From IMG/VR virus record IMGVR_UViG_3300020596_000023, positions 1 to 64,000 of that record: a stretch of DNA of 64,000 nucleotides; one strand, written 5' to 3'. This stretch comes from a virus. A program made the position numbers and the translations under genes. The notes beneath the pieces are model-generated. The model worked only from the letters and a program-made list of their open reading frames with translations. It ran no database searches and was not told the origin of the DNA. This document shows, piece after piece, positions 49,401-59,268 of the stretch; within the stretch, counting starts at the first letter, position 1, and each line of letters opens with the position of its first letter.

Positions 49401-50336
49401 AATACTTATAACTGAATCAACTTGACCAGTTACAATATATTCCATGCTACTAGAAATTATATCAATTTCTAATTCTGTAAAAGCTGATACAACTCCTCCA
49501 CCTGTTCTAACTACACCTACAACTAATTTAGGGTAGTTAGTATCTATGTTAGTAAATACTAGTCTTATACTTTTACCAGTCCTGATAGTGTCTATTGTAG
49601 CATCAGAGCCTTCAAAATCAATTATGGTATAATTATCACCTGATACATACGGGTTAGTTTCAGTCGAAAGATGAGAGTCAATTAAAGCCTCATAGATGTT
49701 AATCGTAGTAGCTGTTATAAATGGATCAGTTCTACTACCATCAATACTTTCATATTGAGTAAATACCGAATAGTTGCCAGTTAATAATTGACCTCCGGAA
49801 TTTCTAATTGTCACCGAACTTATCTGAGGTGGGCATGTGTCTGGAATCAATTCTAACAAATTTATGTTAGCTTCATCCACAATAAATTTAGTTGTAGGAT
49901 CAACTTCAAATGGTAAGCAATCTAAATTTATTGATCTTATATTATTAGCATTAGATGTAACACCTTCCCACCACACTAAAATCAAATCACCTTTAAAATT
50001 ATATTCATATACTCCTTGAATTGGAGTAGTTACTGTAAATATTAAAGTAATCGATTTTAGAACATCAGTCCTAATATTATTCTTAACTCTACTAATTGTG
50101 CTAACAGATTCAAAAACACCTGACACTAATTCAATGTTGACTGAAAATAAAATATCTTCTATAGGTGTTGATATAAACCCTGTAGAAGCTCCAACTTTAT
50201 TAGTACCAATTTGTAAAGTACCCGGTTCATTAGTTTTGCCAGTTTGATATTTATTTACTATATTTCTGGCTTTAACTAAACTACCTATAGGTCTTTCAGA
50301 TTTATTAGTACTTGTTATAAGACCGATAGGTTTCAT
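46488..50336 (-). CDS. tail stabilisation/muzzle protein
   Basis: 1282 aa, beta-rich; RLYLGNL, FFPDEVYAMYI, MGYWEN, VRHHKTP; position after ring proteins. Confidence 0.8.
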   Translation of the reverse strand: MKPIGLITSTNKSERPIGSLVKARNIVNKYQTGKTNEPGTLQIGTNKVGASTGFISTPIEDILFSVNIELVSGVFESVSTISRVKNNIRTDVLKSITLIFTVTTPIQGVYEYNFKGDLILVWWEGVTSNANNIRSINLDCLPFEVDPTTKFIVDEANINLLELIPDTCPPQISSVTIRNSGGQLLTGNYSVFTQYESIDGSRTDPFITATTINIYEALIDSHLSTETNPYVSGDNYTIIDFEGSDATIDTIRTGKSIRLVFTNIDTNYPKLVVGVVRTGGGVVSAFTELEIDIISSSMEYIVTGQVDSVISIEEVLGVNAKYTKAETGTILDKRLYLGNLTEDSIDPESLQEIANAVIINWNYEFPIGIESDLPDESYKDPNRQVSLQGFFPDEVYAMYIGFYTHKGVWNILHIPGRVASTTDWENTSAENDFDLLSRPSTNLTGLDETALLANIIAANPAVHLSQMELANDLGNAVKFFQVFDTSKADGTMGYWENATETYPDCFPDFAGENVRHHKTPSLEHIKRRFGNDVFFDGAIVDLDGLCTRVLRLDISNVIIPNELKSQICYWGIFYAQRDFTNSSHIALGYISNKEYNSVDPVALPLSHTAVEHAESFRFHNFSLLNTTPTITANYLKTHFKISIPETSPGVEADHSFINGALSYYRMLQDTIDDNDYEAIRKITNTQYYPENVLISGDPDSNLLGEETLKVDFDNTMINTDHGLLMASLYSYRPDLYNNYYSQELIFTGTTFLPSLEVGFVHGGDCVIAQYSFKLHNVMPTPSGLINPYVGALYTVPAYDVANLWLRQEGTEDWEKFYPKSMLHQYVVPVETPFDEIEYLRHGNYYGYNGDYSKLQAFSFYRRFVKKGCAEDTTCSTDTISKFPYRIARSLVQADESTMIRFRTFRANDYSEMERNTGVVTNVRSYNNGLFVTTEYGTYYFDPQEVLETGDSAVALYGADLFLQKPKPVIESDGAFSGSKSKWSCIVCPNGVVFFDATTGRFYLFNGQLEELTNAIRWEFETIFKRVVSYLDNPFNGSGVTVGYDKDFHRLFITTVASDGKEVNAGHTYSYDLARQEWVCKHDCFPTVYMFSIRGLRAIYNNPSTVLFGLWAHNLNPNLRGYYYGFSYNSYIDISLSNTEQSLVIANISWLTEAFSDKDISHTNTINQIMVYNQNQSSGLIQLSRVTNLPGIGNTNLAKRGDGWIFGKFRDTVINPDNAVLLATDEPNTANLNASKVMNIRPFLSNNIIVRLVITNANFIEMTIIEVGLDIKPSIAGTRFKNI
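47750..47783 (-). repeat. dispersed motif A copy 6
   Basis: Reverse complement AGTAAATTACAGGCTTTCTCCTTCTACCGGCGAT inside the muzzle gene. Confidence 0.9.
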
Positions 50337-50968
50337 TAGCCTCTAGTTGATGGTAAGTTAAATATTCGCTTGTTTGCGTAGAAGGATTCTTCCGGACTTG
50401 GAGTATTACAAGCATTCCTAGCTCTACTCCTATAAATTTCACATAGTTGCATTAATTCAGGATAACCAAACATAGGATGCTTTAGACCTCTTAAAGTCAA
50501 GTATGTAATAACCTTATAAGAAATATAGTCTAGCAAAGGTTCTATTGCTGGTATCTGTAATTGACCACTAATTGTCGGATAATAGTGAATATCTACATGA
50601 CCACTTTCTGTACCAAACCATACATAAGGATACTCTAAGTAGTAGACATTTACTCTATAATCAGCAACAGCAAAGTTTCTAGTTCCTTGTAAAGATGGAT
50701 TGTAAAACACAGGAGCTAATATGTTATTGCCAATCTGCAATTTATCTAAAGCTTCAAAAGTACAAGGTAGTTTCAGTTTGTAATTAGCTATAACTGAATC
50801 AGCATCTACAACTATACCAAAAATATCCTTATTAGCCATATCTCTAAAACAACCTAGAACCCATCCATCTAAGTCACCTCTCCAACCATCTTCTGTAATA
50901 CCAAAGTTAGTTGCTAGTCTGGAAACAAACGTGTCAAGACTAATCCGTTTATGAATGCTTACGCTCAT
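50336..50968 (-). CDS. tail ring/tubular protein
   Basis: 210 aa; KLPC, HVDIHYY, IP pattern; crAss-like synteny. Confidence 0.65.
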   Translation of the reverse strand: MSVSIHKRISLDTFVSRLATNFGITEDGWRGDLDGWVLGCFRDMANKDIFGIVVDADSVIANYKLKLPCTFEALDKLQIGNNILAPVFYNPSLQGTRNFAVADYRVNVYYLEYPYVWFGTESGHVDIHYYPTISGQLQIPAIEPLLDYISYKVITYLTLRGLKHPMFGYPELMQLCEIYRSRARNACNTPSPEESFYANKRIFNLPSTRG

Positions 50969-51746
50969 ACTTTTGGTATGTTAATGCTAGATCAGGATTT
51001 GCCTGTATAGCTTTTGTGAAAACTCTTAGAGCATTAAGATTATCTACAGTTCTTGTAAGATGATAACTACCATATTTTATATAACTCAAAGTGTAGTTAT
51101 TCAATTCCTTACAATACTTAGGTCTATACTGTATTCTTAACCACGGCTTAGGTTTATCGTAATATTCAAAGTACTTCTGACCATCAAGACAATCCTTGCT
51201 ATACACTTTAATACCCTGAGCTTCCAAGGCTTTTTTATTCCTAAAGCTTTTGACTCTATCTAATAAAAGTCTAGGCTTATCATTCTCATCCAGCTTAACT
51301 CGTGGTATATAGATTATAGCTTTTAAATTAAAAAAGACTTGACCATTCCAAGTAAGACAAGGTTCCTTACTTTTATGAATCAGTTGTTCTAGTATCCATG
51401 AATTATAAAAAGCTAAATTAATTACGTATTCTTCATAAGTTAAGTTATTAGCTATACCGTAATAAGCTAATTTATCTTCTAACTCATTTATATTTACTTT
51501 ATAACTATCCCTGTCTTTAAGCATCCGTTCTGACAAGTCTGACTCCATCTGCCCAATTAAAGAATTAATTCGTTCTATCTGATTTTTATAAACTTTGTGC
51601 TGTTGTACTAATTCAAATACTTTTGAATGAATGTATCTTTTGAAAAATACGTAAGCTTCTTTGTTTTCTCGAATCTTACATAAAGAAACTTTAAGTCCAA
51701 ATCCGTTTGGATTAATTTTAACCTTGACCTGATTCTGAATTTGCAT
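50949..51746 (-). CDS. basic protein at the position of the crAss IHF-like gene
   Basis: 265 aa, Lys/Tyr-rich, LTYEEY...N...LI pattern; synteny. Confidence 0.5.
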   Translation of the reverse strand: MQIQNQVKVKINPNGFGLKVSLCKIRENKEAYVFFKRYIHSKVFELVQQHKVYKNQIERINSLIGQMESDLSERMLKDRDSYKVNINELEDKLAYYGIANNLTYEEYVINLAFYNSWILEQLIHKSKEPCLTWNGQVFFNLKAIIYIPRVKLDENDKPRLLLDRVKSFRNKKALEAQGIKVYSKDCLDGQKYFEYYDKPKPWLRIQYRPKYCKELNNYTLSYIKYGSYHLTRTVDNLNALRVFTKAIQANPDLALTYQKYERKHS

Positions 51747-52377
51747 AGGATTGAGTGTTAGTGTCTTTTGCTTGCTGATAACTACCTAATATTGTCTGAT
51801 ACGCCAAAGCAACTAAATCGGCAGGATAAGGTAGTATATCATCGTCTGTTAAACAATTAGCAGATCCTTGATTAACTTCTTCTACTGATTGTGGATCAGC
51901 AAAAGCATGTCTAATCATAATATACTTAGGCATAACTGAGTTAAACACATAGATTCGATTATCACCATAGGTATACCGAATATGTTCTTTACCAACTTCA
52001 TTACAATGAGCATATCGCATGTTATTATAATCCGTGTAAGTAAATCCATATTGTCCATTAGGATTACCTACATAATTAAACGGTGCATGAGAATGAACAG
52101 TAATTATTGCGGGAACGTCTTGAACTGATCGTAACATAATAGTAGGATCAGAACTTAAACCAACTTGATCTAAAACAGCATTATAAGATTCTAGCGTTAA
52201 GTACAAGCTTTGCAAAGCGTCTCGTCTTAAACTAGGAACATTACGTTCGCTGTCTCTTCTTAATAGTAATGGCATTAAAGCTTTGAATCGTTGTTTAATC
52301 AACTCTACAAAACTATACTCTGTAGCTCTTCCAAGCTCATGAGCTATACCATAACCAAACTTGTTTAATGTTTGCAT
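51718..52377 (-). CDS. tail ring/tubular protein
   Basis: 219 aa; TLN start, RIYVFN, FADP, YPAD; synteny. Confidence 0.65.
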   Translation of the reverse strand: MQTLNKFGYGIAHELGRATEYSFVELIKQRFKALMPLLLRRDSERNVPSLRRDALQSLYLTLESYNAVLDQVGLSSDPTIMLRSVQDVPAIITVHSHAPFNYVGNPNGQYGFTYTDYNNMRYAHCNEVGKEHIRYTYGDNRIYVFNSVMPKYIMIRHAFADPQSVEEVNQGSANCLTDDDILPYPADLVALAYQTILGSYQQAKDTNTQSYANSESGQG

Positions 52378-52395
52378 CTTGTCTTAATAAAGTTT

Positions 52396-52415
52396 GGGGA
52401 GTATTTCTACTCCCC
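52396..52415 (-). terminator. hairpin, possible terminator
   Basis: GGGGAGTA-TTTC-TACTCCCC. Confidence 0.55.
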
Positions 52416-52451
52416 TTACCAAAACTAACAAATTATAATCCCATGTACTTA

Positions 52452-52826
52452 TTATTCTGTTAATAGTGTAGGACTACCCAAAAGCAAATCGTCAATTGTA
52501 GCATTTTTAGCTTCGATGATTTGATCTTTCTTAGCTATGACTTTTGTAGACTTAACTTGATTATTAATCAGCAAGCCTATAAAATTGACAACACCCATAA
52601 CACTGGCAATTACAACTTTAATAGAATCAGTTATCCATGCAATTCCATGATCTGCTGTAAGTAGCCAAAAGCCTACACCACTAACTGCTGTAAGAATTAC
52701 AGTAATTGTAGCAAACAAATTCTTATTGTTTACTTCGAGTTTATCTACTAGTCCTTGAATAAAACTAGTAATACCTCTACCAACTGCGTTGATTTGTAAA
52801 AACTCCAAAATTCCCTGAAGTGTCAT
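52452..52826 (-). CDS. putative holin (two TM)
   Basis: Two hydrophobic helices and charged C-terminus in the late module. Confidence 0.5.
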   Translation of the reverse strand: MTLQGILEFLQINAVGRGITSFIQGLVDKLEVNNKNLFATITVILTAVSGVGFWLLTADHGIAWITDSIKVVIASVMGVVNFIGLLINNQVKSTKVIAKKDQIIEAKNATIDDLLLGSPTLLTE

Positions 52827-52844
52827 ACGATTGATGTTTAGTTA

Positions 52845-53405
52845 TTAAGAATGATGAAACAGATATTTAATTTTTAAAGCTCTACTTGGAAAATCCCCAT
52901 AAGGATTACCACCCCTAAGTTTTTCAAATGTTGCTACAAATAGGTACAACTCTTTATCATTTTGTTTTACCACGGCACAACCTATAGCTAATGAATCATC
53001 TTGTTTTATAAGATCAGCTATATCACCATCTAAAGTTTCTACAAGTATTATACAGCTTTCCTGCATAAAACAATTTAAAATAACCTGTGCTGTAGAAAGA
53101 TCAACTAGCCGTCTTGTCAATCGTTGCTTCCAAGACTTATGATTACTATACCTCTCATCCACCAAGCTTATATAAACTGGATGACCTAATTTTGGTACTC
53201 CACCATTATTTTCAACCCGTAGTACTGCTACTCTATTGTAGATATTAGTATCGTAAGCTTCTGTTAATAACTGAGCTAATTGCAAATAACTTTCCATGTA
53301 TTTTTTAAAAGCTATTCGTTTTAAACCAAATTTAATTAGAGGTATCATAATTATTATAGGTATAATGATTAACCAAACAACTAAAGCTTTTTCATTTATT
53401 GTCAT
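52845..53405 (-). CDS. single-TM protein with soluble domain (holin/antiholin-like)
   Basis: N-terminal TM; RVAVLRVENNGG...YISLVDE. Confidence 0.5.
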   Translation of the reverse strand: MTINEKALVVWLIIIPIIIMIPLIKFGLKRIAFKKYMESYLQLAQLLTEAYDTNIYNRVAVLRVENNGGVPKLGHPVYISLVDERYSNHKSWKQRLTRRLVDLSTAQVILNCFMQESCIILVETLDGDIADLIKQDDSLAIGCAVVKQNDKELYLFVATFEKLRGGNPYGDFPSRALKIKYLFHHS

Positions 53406-53441
53406 ACAGGATCAAATTTGCAATTTCGCTCAAACCTACAA

Positions 53442-53666
53442 TTAGATTGTAGGTGCATTAGTAGAGTGGTCACTAATTGGTATTACAGTCCAACCTAGAA
53501 TTTCAGGATTAATCAGACCTTTGCTTTTAGCTAATTGTAAACAGTTAGCTACAGTAATAGAATTTGATTTAACCTCAAAAGTACAAGCTTCTCTTACAGT
53601 TATTGTAGGAAACCAAGTTTGTTTCTTTTTAACGTCAGAAACGACAGACACAAGGAAATGTACCAT
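53442..53666 (-). CDS. hypothetical protein
   Basis: 74-aa ORF co-oriented with the late module. Confidence 0.5.
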   Translation of the reverse strand: MVHFLVSVVSDVKKKQTWFPTITVREACTFEVKSNSITVANCLQLAKSKGLINPEILGWTVIPISDHSTNAPTI

Positions 53667-53777
53667 AGCAGTTTAAATTGTTATAGAGCCAACTTGAGAT
53701 GTAAAATTATTCACAACTTCTGCGTTAACTCCGTTAGTAATAAGTATAAACCTTTTTTAGCTGTTACTATTGCTATG

Positions 53778-56576
53778 TTAGTATTTTATTACAGAAGCCC
53801 TAAAAGTTCCACTTGCAGGATCAATAGCAGATCCTGTGGAATTGTAAGCTTCAACGCTTACCGTATTTGTTGCGGATACCCACGGTTGACCAAAAATTAA
53901 GCCAGTAGATTTACTGCCATTATCTATGCCAACCAGAACGACATCTCCAATCGCCGCGCCAGTTACCGTAATTGTTAAAGTTTCGGTAGCTAAAGAAGCT
54001 ATGCTGCCGTAATTCAATACCCCGGTTCCAGTTAAAGTTTTACTTAAAATATGCCGAGTACTTCCGGTTGTTACAAAATAATTAGTGCCATTAAACTCAA
54101 CTGCACCGTTTATAGGTGTGGTTAAGTTTGTGCCAGAAGTAAGTTGTACTGGTGCAACTAAGGTAGTTCCAGCGGCTAAAGTTAATCTTGATGTTGGTGT
54201 AATGCCAAGACCTACTAATCCACTTCTATTAATTATCATGTGTTGATTGTAAGAATCACCACCATTACCAACTTCAAGAATATTAAGTTCTTGGGTTCTA
54301 AGATGTGTACCAGAAGCAACCGATGGTGCGGAACTAACAGTAAACACAGTTGTAGAAGATACGGCTATTATTGTCCGGTAACTTACGTTAGTTGAGACAG
54401 TTCCCATAAGCGCAATACCTTGACCAACGGCAATATTGACATCTGGTGTAGTTATAGTTATTACTGCGCCAGCCGCAGTCCAATTATCTGTTAGAACGGT
54501 TGTTAGACCTTGTACTCTTAATTGTGCAGTTCCTCCGGTAAAATGTGTCAAAGCTGTTCCAAAATTTGTAGAACCTGTTTCTTGCGCACTAGGCCCATTC
54601 CCAAATATCCAAGTATCTACACCGCCAGAAATAAGATGCCTCCCAACAACTCCTGCATTGGCATGAGTAGTTCTAACATTGTTTCCTATACCTAAAGCTC
54701 CTCCACTTGCTACAACTTCAAATCCGATAGCAATACCGGGTGAACTTACTGTATTAAATCCACCTAAGACTAATCCATTAGCAGCATTAAAATCATTAGA
54801 TACTCCAACCGCAACTTTTGTATTAAAAAAGCCACTGCCGGTCTGTACATTGATTAACTCGTTTATTACTCCTGTGATTCCTGTACCTCTAACAAAAAAA
54901 CCAGCAGAAGCATTTAATCCTGCGGTAAAAGGTGCAAACCCAATTTCGCCAAAAATAGTAGAAGAGCCGGCTGGTACACCCGTTTTCCAACCCGTTCCTT
55001 CAACTACTATAACGGGCGGTGCTTGATTTACCGCTAGTGTAGCAGCAGTGGTGTTTCTAAGATGGAAGCTTTTGGCCTGAGTATAAGCCGCTCCTATGTT
55101 ATTCATTGTAAGCGTAAGCTTGTCGTTTATATCTACCGTGCCGCCCGACGTGGCAGAAATTATGTCGCCTGAATACGGTCCACCGTTTATCGCCGCCGTT
55201 AAAGCCCACCGCCCCGAGGGGTTAGCCGGACCCTGAATCGGCGTAACGTTTGCTCGAAAAGCGACCGCCTGACTTGCCGCAGTAATATCAGTTTTCCAGC
55301 CATTCCCCTCCCAAGTTGTAGACGGAGAAATCTGTTGCGCAGCGGCCCCAGCGGCGATTGGGTTCCGAAAAAGAGCCCCCGTCGCATCGAATTTATACTC
55401 ATGCCCCCCGACCATTTGTAACCCCAAACTGGAGTTTGCCGGAATCGTCGCAACCCGCGCGGTTGATGCGGGGATAGCGCCGTTAGCGGAATAAATAGTG
55501 TTAGATGCGGCAACCGCTACCGAAATGTCGTGCGGCGTTGCGACCTCGGTAGTATCTATTCGCAAAACCCCACCCACTATATCCGAGCCAAAACCAACCG
55601 CCATTTCGGTAACTACATTAGCCGAGGTGTACCCGCCTAATTTCGTGGCCGTACCGGTTAAAGTATTTAGTTTTAAATTCCCGCCTACATGAAGAGTTGC
55701 CTGTGGCGCTGTTTGGTTTATTCCAACTCTGTTATCGTTTCGTACTGTTAAAATTTCAGTATTTGCTGCATTGCGCAGCTTTACTACCGCTTCGAGAGTA
55801 TCAGAAGTTGCGCCTTTTATAGTAAGCTTGTCGCTTGCATAAGTAAAATTAGGGCTTCCAATAATCTTACCATTGGAATTACCGTACAAAACCTGAGTAT
55901 TTGTCACAAGCCCTGTCGTAGTTGTAGTCTTAGGGATAGAATCTAAATTGGGAGTTAAGAGTTCTAAAGCATCAACAGCTTCTTGCATATTGGTTACAGC
56001 AACTCCACCAATGGTATCTACTATACGAATACTATCTGCAAGTAATGATAAACCTAAACTATCCAAATCTACAGGTACTATGCTTTGAGTCAAGTAGAGC
56101 TTATTACCTACAAGATAAGGATATTGAAGCTCATCATATTTATCAACAACGCTGGTATGTATAGCTATAGCTTGTTTTGCTACCTCTGATAAACCTAATA
56201 GAACTGCTACAGGCAATGAACCAGTCTCAGATTGAATACAACCTACACCAGTATCAAACTCTACAGTACCATCTGTTAAAGCTTCAACATCAACACTAAT
56301 AGTACTGCCAACAGCAGAATTAATTTCTAAGATTTTAAATCGTCTACCACTAGCATCCCATACTATATGACCTATTATAACTGAGTCTACAGTATAAACA
56401 CCAGCAGGATCATTTAAAAACCCAGATACAATCAAACCTTTGGCTCCACCTGGCCCACCCGATGTTGGTTGGACAACTACAGTATACAATGCAGCCATTT
56501 TAGTTTTCAAGGTATCTTGCGAATAAGATACAGTTACACTCAAAATAAAACTCAATAAAAGCAATAGCTTTTTCAT
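53778..56576 (-). CDS. tail-fibre/adhesin-like protein with N-terminal signal peptide
   Basis: 932 aa Gly/Thr/Ala-rich; RVGINQTAP and GLVGLGITP fibre motifs; YadA-like IAIG/LGIG repeats; MKKLLLLLSFILSVTVSYS|Q. Confidence 0.7.
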   Translation of the reverse strand: MKKLLLLLSFILSVTVSYSQDTLKTKMAALYTVVVQPTSGGPGGAKGLIVSGFLNDPAGVYTVDSVIIGHIVWDASGRRFKILEINSAVGSTISVDVEALTDGTVEFDTGVGCIQSETGSLPVAVLLGLSEVAKQAIAIHTSVVDKYDELQYPYLVGNKLYLTQSIVPVDLDSLGLSLLADSIRIVDTIGGVAVTNMQEAVDALELLTPNLDSIPKTTTTTGLVTNTQVLYGNSNGKIIGSPNFTYASDKLTIKGATSDTLEAVVKLRNAANTEILTVRNDNRVGINQTAPQATLHVGGNLKLNTLTGTATKLGGYTSANVVTEMAVGFGSDIVGGVLRIDTTEVATPHDISVAVAASNTIYSANGAIPASTARVATIPANSSLGLQMVGGHEYKFDATGALFRNPIAAGAAAQQISPSTTWEGNGWKTDITAASQAVAFRANVTPIQGPANPSGRWALTAAINGGPYSGDIISATSGGTVDINDKLTLTMNNIGAAYTQAKSFHLRNTTAATLAVNQAPPVIVVEGTGWKTGVPAGSSTIFGEIGFAPFTAGLNASAGFFVRGTGITGVINELINVQTGSGFFNTKVAVGVSNDFNAANGLVLGGFNTVSSPGIAIGFEVVASGGALGIGNNVRTTHANAGVVGRHLISGGVDTWIFGNGPSAQETGSTNFGTALTHFTGGTAQLRVQGLTTVLTDNWTAAGAVITITTPDVNIAVGQGIALMGTVSTNVSYRTIIAVSSTTVFTVSSAPSVASGTHLRTQELNILEVGNGGDSYNQHMIINRSGLVGLGITPTSRLTLAAGTTLVAPVQLTSGTNLTTPINGAVEFNGTNYFVTTGSTRHILSKTLTGTGVLNYGSIASLATETLTITVTGAAIGDVVLVGIDNGSKSTGLIFGQPWVSATNTVSVEAYNSTGSAIDPASGTFRASVIKY

Positions 56577-56607
56577 GTTATTATATTAATTAGGTCAATC
56601 AAATTAG

Positions 56608-57237
56608 TTAAGCCATTACAGCTACAAAATACCAACGAGTAAAAGCATTCAATCCCGGTACAGTCAATTCAACCATATTACTACCAATTGCAGTAAACTG
56701 CTTTTGTGGGGTATTATCGTTGTCTACAATATTGGGCAAACCGCTACTAGGAATACCTACATCTTGTGCAGAAGCATTCACAATTTGCCATACACACAAG
56801 TAAGCAGTATTTGCAGTAGGATTAATTGAAGTATCTCCCCAAACTATACGAACAGTAAAACTTCCTGCATTTAATATAGAGGTAGCTCCATCTACTGTAA
56901 AGCCTTTAAGAATTGTATCTTCTGGAATAGTTATAGTACCAACACCACCAGAAACTGCATAAACTACATCTGTTGAAGTAGCTGTAACTGTACAAACTAA
57001 CCCTGCACCACCAGTACCAGCAATATATTTATAATCAGTAGAAGCAGTAATAGGCCCTAGAAGAGTATCTTCAAGACCTTCAATTAATTCTAAGATGTTC
57101 AACATTACATCTTTGACATCAGTTGCAGAAGCTACATCGTCTTTACCAAACCGTTCTTTTAACATAAGTCTCAAGTTTGCTAAAGTCTTATATCCATTTA
57201 TAAACAAGTTATTAGCTTGCCTATTAAATCCTGCCAT
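56608..57237 (-). CDS. putative structural/tail appendage protein
   Basis: 209 aa, beta-rich C-terminal part. Confidence 0.6.
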   Translation of the reverse strand: MAGFNRQANNLFINGYKTLANLRLMLKERFGKDDVASATDVKDVMLNILELIEGLEDTLLGPITASTDYKYIAGTGGAGLVCTVTATSTDVVYAVSGGVGTITIPEDTILKGFTVDGATSILNAGSFTVRIVWGDTSINPTANTAYLCVWQIVNASAQDVGIPSSGLPNIVDNDNTPQKQFTAIGSNMVELTVPGLNAFTRWYFVAVMA

Positions 57238-57239
57238 TG

Positions 57240-57605
57240 TTATATGATTGTAGTAGTGATAAAAGTGTCCATGTCGTAAGCTGACCAGACTGCATCAAGA
57301 TCATAACCAATTTGACCTAATTGATCTTTTAAAATATTGTAATCAAAGTCCTCTTTTACTTGAGATAGAGTTGTGTATGGACTTACAAATAATGTAGATT
57401 TCCATTCAATTATCTTCAATCGGATCAAATTTTGAATAGCTACTAAAGCTAAAGACTTGATCTTAACATTCTCAAATGGTCTACCTAATCTATCTGCATC
57501 AATCTGAAAATTCAGATCACTATAATATAATGTCTTCAAGATTTGCATAGCATCTGCATCAGCTTGATTCAGATAATCTAGGTTATTTATATTAGGAAAT
57601 TCCAT
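57240..57605 (-). CDS. putative collar/tail hub protein
   Basis: 121 aa; synteny only. Confidence 0.5.
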   Translation of the reverse strand: MEFPNINNLDYLNQADADAMQILKTLYYSDLNFQIDADRLGRPFENVKIKSLALVAIQNLIRLKIIEWKSTLFVSPYTTLSQVKEDFDYNILKDQLGQIGYDLDAVWSAYDMDTFITTTII

Positions 57606-58140
57606 AGTGACTGTTTAAATAGGTAAAGTGATCTGTAGCAGCATCTAACCATTTACCTAAAGTAATTATGCTATTATTTAAATCAGCAGTAAGTACAGTA
57701 AACATAAAGCTGTTTGTAAGTACTGAGTTCATCAGAGCTAAATAGCTAAAGCTTATATGTTGTGCCATCAAATAGCAATGCTGCAAATGCGCATTAGCAT
57801 CAAACAGATAACCACAGTCACAAGCATAAGTAGTACAAGCCATCTGTTCAATCAAATATCTACCACTACTATTCAATCCAGCAATTATTGCTACAAATAC
57901 AGGTATGATATAGCTACCTAAATAAGTATCATCACTTGTCCTATATTCATCAAATACATACATACCATCTTCAAGCGTTATAGATAATGTACCAGAAGCA
58001 GATATACTATCCGTAGTTTCTATAACTTCTAAAACATAGTTATCGCTTAACTGCTTAATTTTAATGTAAATACCATAAGCATTATCATTGACAACACTGT
58101 AAGTATTATTAGATGGATTAGTTATTAATAGCATAATCAA
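57592..58140 (-). CDS. putative collar/tail hub protein
   Basis: 182 aa; LEDGMY, CxxxxCDC. Confidence 0.55.
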   Translation of the reverse strand: MIMLLITNPSNNTYSVVNDNAYGIYIKIKQLSDNYVLEVIETTDSISASGTLSITLEDGMYVFDEYRTSDDTYLGSYIIPVFVAIIAGLNSSGRYLIEQMACTTYACDCGYLFDANAHLQHCYLMAQHISFSYLALMNSVLTNSFMFTVLTADLNNSIITLGKWLDAATDHFTYLNSHYGIS

Positions 58141-58151
58141 TTTGAATTGGA

Positions 58152-58174
58152 GGGGCTAGCACATCACTAGCCCC
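58152..58174 (-). terminator. hairpin after structural gene
   Basis: GGGGCTAG / CTAGCCCC. Confidence 0.6.
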
Positions 58175-58201
58175 ATTGGATAAACATCGTTTCACCTATG
58201 A

Positions 58202-59248
58202 CTACCCTCCAATTGTTTGTTCCGAAGGTGTTGAGAACAATACAGCAGCAATTGTGTCGAAGCTGGTTAATACTGCTGTAGCAGGAACAAATGCAATCAA
58301 GTAGTTTCCACGAGTACCTTCTGCACGTTGAGCGCCACCCATGTCACCGCTATTAGCAGAACTAATTTCATAAGTAGTCAAGCCAACGGCTGTATCTACT
58401 TTAGTAGGAATCATTTCATCAATTACGGAAGGTGCAGCAAACCAGAAATTCTGATCTACAGTGCCAGTAAATACACGACCTTGCGAAGATACTTGAGCAT
58501 CTTGTTCGTATTGGCGAAGCTTGTTATACAAGTTTGTACCAACTTGACCCGGACTGCTAGATTCAGTAGTGCCATCCCAATGACGTTGAGCATTAGCAAG
58601 TACACCACTTGCACCAACTTCAAAGATACGAGCATTGTCAATTGCAGTAAAGCGGATACCTGCAACATTCGTAGTATCCATAATAGCTACTGCATTTGCA
58701 ATACGACCTGCATCAGCATTTACCAAAGCAATAAGCCTATTTGTAAGAGTGATGAAAGTATCAGCAGCAGTTGCGACAACTTCATAAATCTCTACATTGC
58801 CTACCAAGTTTTGGTGTGGATAGCTACGATCTGTTATAGTAACACTAGCGACATCCCCCAAAGCAATAGTAGCGGGCAATGCCATAGCTGCGATAAGAGT
58901 ACCACCAATTACTTGGTTGCGCAGAACAAATGCAACAGCAGCAGTTTTAGCTCTCCGAGCATTACGACTAATCATAGTAGTATGACGAAGAGTGCCAGCA
59001 CTATCACGGTAGTAAATCTGGAAGCTGTTGCTTGTAATCAAGTCAGCAGCCGTTGTACTAGTTAGTACTAACGTTTGCGTATCGGTTACAATTGCAATAG
59101 CTCCTACTGCAAGTAAAGTTCGTACCTCATTCAGTGTAGCGCAAGTGCCACCACCAGTTTTAGCGAGGTAGGTAGCATTAGCAGCACCGACTAACCAAGT
59201 TGGTTCTGCTGATTTATTGTGCCTATAGTTAGGCTCATACATTGCCAT
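58202..59248 (-). CDS. putative auxiliary capsid protein
   Basis: 348 aa Ala/Thr-rich, high-expression codon use, three genes after MCP. Confidence 0.6.
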   Translation of the reverse strand: MAMYEPNYRHNKSAEPTWLVGAANATYLAKTGGGTCATLNEVRTLLAVGAIAIVTDTQTLVLTSTTAADLITSNSFQIYYRDSAGTLRHTTMISRNARRAKTAAVAFVLRNQVIGGTLIAAMALPATIALGDVASVTITDRSYPHQNLVGNVEIYEVVATAADTFITLTNRLIALVNADAGRIANAVAIMDTTNVAGIRFTAIDNARIFEVGASGVLANAQRHWDGTTESSSPGQVGTNLYNKLRQYEQDAQVSSQGRVFTGTVDQNFWFAAPSVIDEMIPTKVDTAVGLTTYEISSANSGDMGGAQRAEGTRGNYLIAFVPATAVLTSFDTIAAVLFSTPSEQTIGG

Positions 59249-59268
59249 ATAAAAATGGTTTAATTTTG

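Noticed and set aside
53778-56576. Diversity-generating retroelement or invertible tail cassette
   Set aside because: No reverse transcriptase, recombinase or template/variable repeat pair seen in the window
58328-59065. 245-aa antisense ORF and other opposite-strand ORFs in the track
   Set aside because: Shadows of well-supported genes, explained by codon bias
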